Below are positions 8,492 to 14,738 of a DNA stretch of 14,738 nt, piece by piece. The position numbers and the translations under genes were made by a program. Source of the DNA: Candidatus Nanohaloarchaea archaeon (lineage in GTDB: Archaea; Nanohalarchaeota; Nanosalinia; Nanosalinales; Nanosalinaceae); NCBI GenBank assembly GCA_014297435.1, contig JACOQA010000007.1, forward strand, positions 1-14,738, read 5' to 3'. Below the pieces are notes generated by a model. It made no database searches. It had not been told where the DNA came from and worked only from the letters and a program-made list of their open reading frames with translations. Position 1 is the first letter of the stretch. Each line of letters begins with the position of its first letter.

Positions 8492-9750
8492 AACTCAACC
8501 TCAGAGTCCTCATAGAGTGGAAACTCATCTAATAGTTTGGAGACAGTCTCCGAGATTTGTTCTGCTAGATCGCGGTCTTCCGGATTTTTGACTAGTTTTC
8601 CAATCATCGCTCCTATTTCACGTAACTCCTCTTCAGACATGCCTCTGGTGGTTAGAGCAGGAGTGCCTATTCTAATTCCTGAAGTTACCATGGGTGGTTC
8701 AGGGTCGTAAGGAACGGCATTCTTGTTGACGACAATATTTGCTTTCTCTAATAATTCCTCAGCCTCTTTTCCTGTAATTTCCTCTTCTCTCAGATCAACC
8801 AGAACAAGATGGTTGTCTGAACCGCCGGAAACCATCCTAATACCTTCTTTTCTAAGTCCCTCCACTAAGGCTTGAGTATTCTTCACAATCTGCTCCGAGT
8901 ATTCCTTAAATTCAGGTTTCATAGCTTCTTTAAAGCAGACTGCCTTTCCCGCGATCTGATGCATTAAAGGTCCGCCCTGAGAGTAAGGGAAAACCGCCGA
9001 ATCAACATCCTCTGCATACTCTTCTTTACACAGAATCATTCCGCCTCTTGCACCTCTAATCGACTTGTGGGTGGTAGTAGTTACAATATCGCACTCCGGG
9101 AAAGGGTTAGGATGTTCTCCGGTCGCCACAAGCCCCGATATGTGAGCGATGTCGCACATAAGCAGTGCGTTAACCTCGTCTGCTACCTCTCTAAACATCT
9201 CGAAGTCTATTTCTCTTGGATAAGCAGAGTAACCGCAGACAATTAGATCGGGGTCGTGCTCCCTAGCTGCCTCGAGGATGTCCCTCTTCTCGAACCTCTC
9301 CGTCTCCTCGTTGATTCCGTACGTTTCGAAGTCGAACAGGTCTCCTGAAAAGTTGACGCCGTGTCCATGGGTCAAGTGACCGCCATGGGAGAGCACAGGT
9401 CCTAGAATCTTATCTCCTGCATCGAGTTGAGAGAAATAGGCTGCGAAGTTTGCCTGCGAACCGGAGTGTGGCTGGACGTTAGCATGGTCTGCATTAAAGA
9501 TTTTACAGGCTCTTTCACGAGCTAGATTCTCTATCTTGTCATGGTGCTCGCAGCCAGCATAGTATCTTTTTCCAGGATAGCCTTCTGCATACTTGTTTGT
9601 GAGTACTGAACCTTGTGCCTGCAGAACCTGTTTAGGCACGAAGTTCTCTGAGGCTATCATCTCGAGAGATTCGCTTTCTTGTCTTTCAATCTCGTTCTTC
9701 AGGGCTTTATGGACTTCAGGGTCAGCCTCAGAAAGATTCTGATGATCCAT
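8488..9750 (-). CDS. glyA: Serine hydroxymethyltransferase (bacterial/haloarchaeal THF type)
   Basis: MIASEN, NKYAEGYPGKRYYAG, NVQPHSGSQAN, GGHLTHG, DIAHISGL, PLP-lysine TTTTHKSIRGARGG, SGIRIGTPALTTRG. Confidence 0.98.
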   Translation of the reverse strand: MDHQNLSEADPEVHKALKNEIERQESESLEMIASENFVPKQVLQAQGSVLTNKYAEGYPGKRYYAGCEHHDKIENLARERACKIFNADHANVQPHSGSQANFAAYFSQLDAGDKILGPVLSHGGHLTHGHGVNFSGDLFDFETYGINEETERFEKRDILEAAREHDPDLIVCGYSAYPREIDFEMFREVADEVNALLMCDIAHISGLVATGEHPNPFPECDIVTTTTHKSIRGARGGMILCKEEYAEDVDSAVFPYSQGGPLMHQIAGKAVCFKEAMKPEFKEYSEQIVKNTQALVEGLRKEGIRMVSGGSDNHLVLVDLREEEITGKEAEELLEKANIVVNKNAVPYDPEPPMVTSGIRIGTPALTTRGMSEEELREIGAMIGKLVKNPEDRDLAEQISETVSKLLDEFPLYEDSEVEF

Positions 9751-9793
9751 ATTTTATTAGCCGACACCGAGAATGAAGTTAGTTTCGAAAGAT

Positions 9794-9808
9794 GAAAACC
9801 ATTTATTG
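9794..9808 (+). promoter_or_regulatory. Putative BRE-TATA for a start at 9830
   Basis: GAAAACC-ATTTATTG, with the TATA-like part 22-29 nt upstream of ATG 9830. Confidence 0.45.
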
Positions 9809-9829
9809 TTTACGGATTCTAAGATCTTT

Positions 9830-10726
9830 ATGGCAGAAGACGAGTCCGGAGAACTAGATCGCAGATTGTGGGAACAATCCGGGCACAGATTCGTCAGCCA
9901 CGATTTAGATGAGGATGTCAACCATCTCTCCTCGAACATTTTCAAACTGGTGAGGGAGGAGGAAGATATTGAGGAAGCGGTCAAAGTCCAGAGCGATTTT
10001 GTAGAGGCTTATAAATTTCTTGAAGGCAGGAAAGACAGTTTTGATTCATCTGTAGGTCCGGATTCGGCAATTGAATTTCTTGAGAGCGTACGCATGGATT
10101 ACGATATTTCGAAGCTCTCAGCTGAAGGTATGTGTGCTGAGAAGGTTTTGGATAAAGCAATTCATCTTGGGAAAGTGGGAAGAGCGCTCGAAAGGTTGAA
10201 AACCGACTATAATGATGAGAGAAGCCGCTATGTATCGGCGGATATACTTATCCCTCCGTCTGAAAATGTTGAGTATGAATGGGAAGGTTCTGAAGATTTA
10301 GAGAAAGCAATTTCAGATTTGAATATTCCTGGTAACGAACTTTGGGGTCTTAGCCATACACTCGACAAAAATCACCAAGATCATGCCGAAGAATCCGGAA
10401 GCTTTAGGATACGCGCTGGCACCTATGAAATTGAAGATTTTGAGGAACAGTTTGAATGCGCAGAAGACCCTGATGGATACTTGTGGATGGAGTTCGTCAG
10501 TGAAGGCGGCTCATATCCTAGAGGGAAAAATATGACCGACCTAACTAGTTTTGATCCTTCAGATAGCTCCGGTCTAGGACTTTATGCATGGGATGCAACC
10601 GTTAAGGAGTTTGGTGGCGGTCATTTCATATATGAGAGAGACGGGGACTTTGTAGATGGAATTATTTTGCCTTATAGGGACGAACAGAAAGAGGGTGAAA
10701 AGAAAAAATTGGTTTCTCCTGTTTGA
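9830..10726 (+). CDS. Degenerate histidine kinase-like protein (HisKA-like plus HATPase_c/GHKL-like), no sensor or TM domain; the ORF can be extended to 9773
   Basis: H box-like RFVSHDL, N box-like LSHTLDKNHQDHA, G1-like MEFVSEGGSYP, F-like LTSFDP and G2 SSGLGLYAWDATVKEFGG...IILP, all in canonical order. Confidence 0.62.
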   Translation: MAEDESGELDRRLWEQSGHRFVSHDLDEDVNHLSSNIFKLVREEEDIEEAVKVQSDFVEAYKFLEGRKDSFDSSVGPDSAIEFLESVRMDYDISKLSAEGMCAEKVLDKAIHLGKVGRALERLKTDYNDERSRYVSADILIPPSENVEYEWEGSEDLEKAISDLNIPGNELWGLSHTLDKNHQDHAEESGSFRIRAGTYEIEDFEEQFECAEDPDGYLWMEFVSEGGSYPRGKNMTDLTSFDPSDSSGLGLYAWDATVKEFGGGHFIYERDGDFVDGIILPYRDEQKEGEKKKLVSPV

Positions 10727-11380
10727 CTATTCGTCTGCCAACATCTGCACCACGAGCTGTAAAATTTCTACGAAAACACCCATGAAAGCTGTGTAAAGGC
10801 CGATAGCGTTGAGGAATGGTGTTCCCGGTCTTGTCTTCGTAACATAGATCTGGTGAATCAGGTAGACTATGAAGCCCAGTAGCGCGAGTACGAAAGCAAT
10901 CATTACTGCGGTTCCGCTAAAACTTCCTAGGAAAGAGATTCCTAAAACTCCGAGAAACATATAGTTCGCGTACTTACCCCAGCTGGAGAAGTCATGTCCG
11001 GTTCCGTAAACCAATAGGCCTGAAAGCAAGGCTATAACTGAAGAAGCAACCGCTGTTATTCCAAGCGCTGCTGCCTGCAAACCAGGGGAAACCAACATGG
11101 TAAGTATTCCGGCCCCGAAGATACCGTAGCCTAGCTGTACTAGTCCGGTGCCTGCTACAGCTTTTTTGATATTCTCTGTCTTAATACCGGATCTCGAGAT
11201 CCATAAGCCTCCGCTCAAGAGCGCTCCATACACAAGGACTCCTACGAAGAAGTTGAATCCGAATACCAGGTCGTTAATCCCGGAAAGAGGGGTGAATACA
11301 AACATCCACATTATTCCGATGTTTAGAAGTATTAGGCCTGTAGCTATACCCAGACTTTTCAGTTGATCTTGATTAAACAT
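10727..11380 (-). CDS. Bax inhibitor-1/YccA-like multi-pass membrane protein (about 217 aa)
   Basis: About 7 hydrophobic segments; C-terminal AIGLYTAFMGVFVEILQL resembles BI-1 ALxLYLDFINLFLxLL. Start revised to ATG 11380 because the longer ORF overlaps tmk; a TATA-like ATTAAAA lies about 25 nt upstream. Confidence 0.65.
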   Translation of the reverse strand: MFNQDQLKSLGIATGLILLNIGIMWMFVFTPLSGINDLVFGFNFFVGVLVYGALLSGGLWISRSGIKTENIKKAVAGTGLVQLGYGIFGAGILTMLVSPGLQAAALGITAVASSVIALLSGLLVYGTGHDFSSWGKYANYMFLGVLGISFLGSFSGTAVMIAFVLALLGFIVYLIHQIYVTKTRPGTPFLNAIGLYTAFMGVFVEILQLVVQMLADE

Positions 11381-11450
11381 ATTAGAAAAGTTTTCTGGAA
11401 TTGTTTTAATTTCGATGGGTTCAAAACCTTCCGTTCCCAAGATCGGGTTT

Positions 11451-12050
11451 ATGAAGGAAAGAGAACTTCCCGGAAAGTTTATTGTTGTCGAGGGCGCTGA
11501 CGGCGCTGGAACGACAACCATGTCGAAGAAGCTGGCCGAGGAGGTCGATGCGTACTGGACACGAGAGCCGGCAGAGAACAGCATAGGCCAAAAAGTGGAT
11601 GAGATGATCTCCGGAGATAAGCACTCTGCGGAGGCGATTTCTCTGGCTTTCGCGGCTGACAGGATGATTCATCTGGAGGAAGAAGTTATCCCGCGTCTCG
11701 AAAAAGGTAAAACGGTGGTTTCGGACAGGTACTACCACTCTTCGCTTGTCTACCAGCCGGCCATGGGCGTCGACTTCGAGTGGAAGAAGCAGTTAAACAG
11801 GGAAGCCATAAAACCGGATCTGACGGTGCTGATAGATGTAGAAGCGGAGACTGGCATGGCAAGAGTGGAAGAAAGAGGTAAGGACGGTAATATCTTCGAG
11901 GAGATGGATTTCCAGCAGGAGGTAGTGATGAGATACAGACAGCTGCCTGAAAAGCTGGAGGAGCAGATCGTGAAGGTTGATGGGTCCAAAGGGATACAGG
12001 AGGTAGCACAGAGGGTGAAGAACGCGGTAAGAGGCCATATAGACGGGTAG
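11451..12050 (+). CDS. tmk: Thymidylate (dTMP) kinase; alternative start 11415
   Basis: FIVVEGADGAGTTT, TREP, LAFAADR, SDRYYHSSLVYQ, PDLTVLIDV. Confidence 0.92.
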   Translation: MKERELPGKFIVVEGADGAGTTTMSKKLAEEVDAYWTREPAENSIGQKVDEMISGDKHSAEAISLAFAADRMIHLEEEVIPRLEKGKTVVSDRYYHSSLVYQPAMGVDFEWKKQLNREAIKPDLTVLIDVEAETGMARVEERGKDGNIFEEMDFQQEVVMRYRQLPEKLEEQIVKVDGSKGIQEVAQRVKNAVRGHIDG

Positions 12051-12052
12051 AC

Positions 12053-12059
12053 TTTATAT
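12053..12059 (+). promoter_or_regulatory. TATA box of the DUF5828-like/PiT operon
   Basis: TTTATAT ending 28 nt before GTG 12088. Confidence 0.55.
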
Positions 12060-12087
12060 TCTGTAATCCGATGTATAACTTAGTAGA

Positions 12088-12644
12088 GTGCCTGAATCTA
12101 AACCAACGAACTCCGGCGTCGAGATGGAAGGGACGTGGGACGAAATAACAGAGTTCGGAAAGAAGGTTTCCGAGATCATAAGCCGTCAGCAAGATTGTTC
12201 AAGCAACGTTTTGAAGAATGGCGTCCTAAGAAAAAGGATGATAGCTCTAAAATGAAGCAGAAGACCGTTGAGAAAGCTTCTGTAGGTGAGAAAGATTTTG
12301 AGGATAAAAGCCAGGGTTTCCAGAGAGACCTCCGGTCCGCTTCAGCGAACACGGCGAAGGCCGGTAAAAAGGCGGTGAAGGCCGAAAACCCTGAAAAAGA
12401 GCTGAAAAATGCTTCGGAGGAAGCCGTAAGGCCTTTCCTCGCGGAGATAGTCAGGGTCTTAAGAGAGGTAGAAAAAACGGTTTACTCGTGGTTCTCCACT
12501 CCTCTGAATCCGTACTACTTTGACTCAGATAACTTTTCGGCGAGCCTGAGATCCAATAGTGGAGGTTACAGGATGGAGGTAAACTCGCCTAACAAAGAAA
12601 TCCGTCAGGATTTACAGGAAGAGATTAAAGAGGAAGACTGCTGA
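12088..12644 (+). pseudogene. Haloarchaeal DUF5828-like gene with a one-base frameshift near 12178-12205 (real lesion or sequencing error)
   Basis: The frame from 12088 gives MPESKPTNSGVEMEGTWDEITEFGKKVSEII and stops at 12255. The -1 frame carries FEEWRPK...KTVEKASVGE...LREVEKTVY...PYYFDSDNFSASL...MEVN. Both parts match my recollection of the family. Confidence 0.65.
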
Positions 12645-13570
12645 TGGATCCGGTGACGATATTCGCTTTGTTGGGCTCCGTGTTCATGGGTATCTCTATA
12701 GGTGCTTCGAGCGTCGCCCCGGCTTTCGGGCCTGTCAACTCCTCGGGGGCAGTGAACGTCCTTAGAGCAGCACTTCTCGCAGGTATATTTGCCCTTGTGG
12801 GCTCAATCGTTCAAGGAGGGAATGTGGCGAACACTGTAGGATCAGGTATATTGATGGGTTCCATTTCAGTGCTCCAGGCCGCGACCGTTCTAATAGTCGC
12901 CTCGGCTCTGGTTATAGTCAGCTTTCTCACCGATTATCCGATGCCCACCGCCTTTACAGTCGTCGGAGCTGTTATCGGAAGCGCCTTCTCGTTCGGGAAC
13001 GCCGTTTCATGGAGCGTATTTAGTGGCACCGCGCTTTACTGGCTCCTCGTACCCTTCTTCGCAGCAGGCCTAGCGTACGTTCTTGCGAAGGCACTCAGGG
13101 AAATCGTTCCGAACAAGGACTCCTCCAAATTGAAGTACCTGTTGGTGGTCTCCGGTTGCTACATGGCCTACACCGCGGGAGCCGGGTCTGTAGGTCTGGC
13201 GGTAGGCCCTCTTTCATCTCTCGAGCTTCCGCAGCTATTCCTCCTCACGCTGGGGGGTTTGGCGATCCTTGCGGGCTCCTGGATCTACTCTCCTCGCATA
13301 ATCAAGGCGGTTTCTTACGACTACTCGAACATAGGGCCGAGGAGGTCCATAGCTTCACTTCTTTCCGCTGCGTTTCTCGCACAGATAGGTATATTCTACG
13401 GGGTTCCAATATCGTTTAACGAGGCTATCATCGCGGCGGTAATAGGTTCAGGTCTGGTCGAGGGAGGTTCAAGCGTCGACGGCAGAAAACTGGGGAGAAC
13501 TGTTTTGGCATGGATCGGTGCTTTCCTCCTCGCAGGGGTACTGACTTTTGCCGTAGGTCTCCTGATCTAA
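12644..13570 (+). CDS. PiT/PHO4 family inorganic phosphate (anion) transporter, haloarchaeal divergent type
   Basis: About 10 TM segments with two-repeat architecture: IGASSVAPAFG, GGNVANTVGSG, PMPTAFTVVGAVIG, GVPISFNEAIIAAVIGSG. Start overlaps the upstream stop (TGATG). Confidence 0.85.
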   Translation: MDPVTIFALLGSVFMGISIGASSVAPAFGPVNSSGAVNVLRAALLAGIFALVGSIVQGGNVANTVGSGILMGSISVLQAATVLIVASALVIVSFLTDYPMPTAFTVVGAVIGSAFSFGNAVSWSVFSGTALYWLLVPFFAAGLAYVLAKALREIVPNKDSSKLKYLLVVSGCYMAYTAGAGSVGLAVGPLSSLELPQLFLLTLGGLAILAGSWIYSPRIIKAVSYDYSNIGPRRSIASLLSAAFLAQIGIFYGVPISFNEAIIAAVIGSGLVEGGSSVDGRKLGRTVLAWIGAFLLAGVLTFAVGLLI

Positions 13571-13589
13571 AACTTATCTGGCGAAAGGC

Positions 13590-13618
13590 CGGAAGTTTTC
13601 TAAAGTAGAAAAAATCCG
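13590..13618. promoter_or_regulatory. Inverted repeat (possible operator or terminator)
   Basis: CGGA-ag-TTTTCTA-aag-TAGAAAA-aa-TCCG, 11 of 13 positions pairing, located 11-39 nt upstream of ATG 13629. Confidence 0.4.
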
Positions 13619-13628
13619 TTACTATATT

Positions 13629-14018
13629 ATGGGCAGAATGGCTGAAGCCTTCGGAAATGACTCTCTAGGGTTGGCGCTGCTGGCGCTTGCAGTACTTACA
13701 GGTATAATTAATATCGCTGCAGGAATTATAAATAATTTTAGTGTTCTTCTGTGGGCTGGAGCCGGTTTTCTCGGAGGTGCAGCAATCTTTGCTTTGGGCG
13801 ACAGACTGGACTCGAGGATGGGCTTGGAACACGGTTTCACAAGAGCAACAATCGCAGGCCTCTCACTTCCCTACACAGGCTACCAGCTGGTGGCATACTA
13901 CGCTTACTATAGGTTGAGTTTCGGCCCTCTAGCGCTTATAGACAAGTTCATACAAGGAATTTTCTTGATTCTGGCGACCACCTACTTGTATAAACTTGTA
14001 TCAAAGAACTCCGGATGA
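13629..14018 (+). CDS. Small 4-TM membrane protein resembling a conserved haloarchaeal family (tentatively DUF7475)
   Basis: Hydrophobic segments with TGIIN, AGAGFLGG, LPYTGYQL and IDKFIQ patterns; family assignment from memory only. Confidence 0.6.
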   Translation: MGRMAEAFGNDSLGLALLALAVLTGIINIAAGIINNFSVLLWAGAGFLGGAAIFALGDRLDSRMGLEHGFTRATIAGLSLPYTGYQLVAYYAYYRLSFGPLALIDKFIQGIFLILATTYLYKLVSKNSG

Positions 14019-14081
14019 ATTACATAATTCTATACTGAACTCAAGTTCTTAAGATGGTTCAGAGAACTTTTGGTCAACGAC

Positions 14082-14738
14082 CTAGTTTGAATTTTGAACT
14101 AGGCACTGTTCGTCACTACTGGCCTCACCATTACTGTTGAATGGTCTGACTTCTACACAGATATTATCGCCACTGTTCCAACTGTTATCTGAAATTTGTT
14201 TACTGTCTGTAGAAGAACCTACTTCCACCATATTGGACTCATCGATACTACCTACTCCATAATAAATTCTGAATCCATTAACATTTGTACTGCTGCTGTA
14301 ACTAGACCAGTCAACACTCAAAGTGGTGGCTCCAACCGAGACTGTTTTAGTGGTGGTGTTAGTACTGCCGTCATCATCTTTAACTTTTAATTCAACAGTT
14401 TGATCTCCGCTGCTTCCAAAGCTGTTGGAAGGATTTTCTCCGGCGGATTCATAGGTTCCATCTCCATCCCAGTCCCACTCAAACAACTGGATACTGCCAT
14501 CACTATCACTGCTTAAACTGCCGTCAAAACTCACAGACTCACCAACAGTCGGCCCAGAAGGACTAAAGCTAAAATCAGCATAAGGAGAATCATTAGGATT
14601 CCACTTATCTGGAACCTTCGACCAATCACCATCAAAACCAGCTTTGTTCCAGAAATCGTCAGGTTTAGAATCAATATTTGGAACACCCCAAGAAGAAACA
14701 TCTTGATTAAAGGAATCGGCACTATAGAACATATCATC
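14082..14738 (-). CDS. C-terminal part of a surface/secreted protein: DUF285 (BspA-like) repeat, PKD domain, Fn3-like domain; 5' end outside the window
   Basis: Frame open to the window edge. MFYSADSFNQDVSSWGVPNI is a DUF285 repeat; PYADFSFSP...FDGSLSSDSDGSI...WDWDGDG...VELKVKDDDG is PKD; LSVDW...GFRIYY...VEVRPFNSNGE is Fn3-like. Confidence 0.85.
   Translation of the reverse strand, partial: DDMFYSADSFNQDVSSWGVPNIDSKPDDFWNKAGFDGDWSKVPDKWNPNDSPYADFSFSPSGPTVGESVSFDGSLSSDSDGSIQLFEWDWDGDGTYESAGENPSNSFGSSGDQTVELKVKDDDGSTNTTTKTVSVGATTLSVDWSSYSSSTNVNGFRIYYGVGSIDESNMVEVGSSTDSKQISDNSWNSGDNICVEVRPFNSNGEASSDEQCLVQNSN

Noticed and set aside
9773-9829. Upstream start of the 317-aa ORF
   Set aside because: It leaves only 22 nt for two divergent promoters; the BRE-TATA position fits ATG 9830 better, though 9773 is not excluded.
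11381-11584. N-terminal extension of the 285-aa membrane ORF
   Set aside because: It overlaps tmk on the opposite strand; ATG 11380 has its own TATA-like element.
14017-14044. Possible dif/Xer site
   Set aside because: Only one arm (TACATAA) resembles a Xer arm; the other does not match.
14037-14048. GAAC-N4-GTTC match to the Gram-positive LexA box
   Set aside because: It lies between convergent 3' ends in an apparently archaeal genome; no promoter context.
1117-14737. Remaining short ORFs in the track (1117, 2153, 2773, 5109, 6243, 6446, 7013, 7177, 7265, 9757, 11148, 11421, 11686, 11750, 11793, 13156, 13622, 14196, 14531)
   Set aside because: All overlap well-supported genes, are Ser/Leu/Phe-rich shadow frames, and show no motifs.
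1-14738. tRNA, rRNA, CRISPR array, IS element, prophage or defence system
   Set aside because: Intergenic gaps are at most about 80 nt; no repeat-spacer periodicity, transposase, integrase or recognised defence domain seen.

Overview
This is a gene-dense chromosomal segment with acidic (D/E-rich) proteins, moderate GC, archaeal TATA-type divergent promoters and haloarchaeal-type protein families. It most likely comes from a nanohaloarchaeon (DPANN) or a related halophilic archaeon; this is inferred, not searched. Left to right it holds a DNA-repair block: a partial PhrB/CryB-type photolyase missed by the ORF track, an HhH glycosylase-like protein, and a Hel308/Ski2-like helicase interrupted in motif VI by a 460-aa LAGLIDADG intein. 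Next is the full thymidylate cycle plus kinase (folA, thyA, glyA, tmk), with a multi-HTH unknown gene overlapping both thyA and folA. A degenerate, sensorless histidine-kinase-like orphan sits divergent from glyA. The right end has a BI-1-like membrane protein, a frameshifted DUF5828-like gene coupled to a PiT transporter, a small membrane protein, and the 3' end of a DUF285/PKD/Fn3 surface protein. No RNA genes, CRISPR arrays or IS elements were seen. All family calls come from motif recognition by eye.
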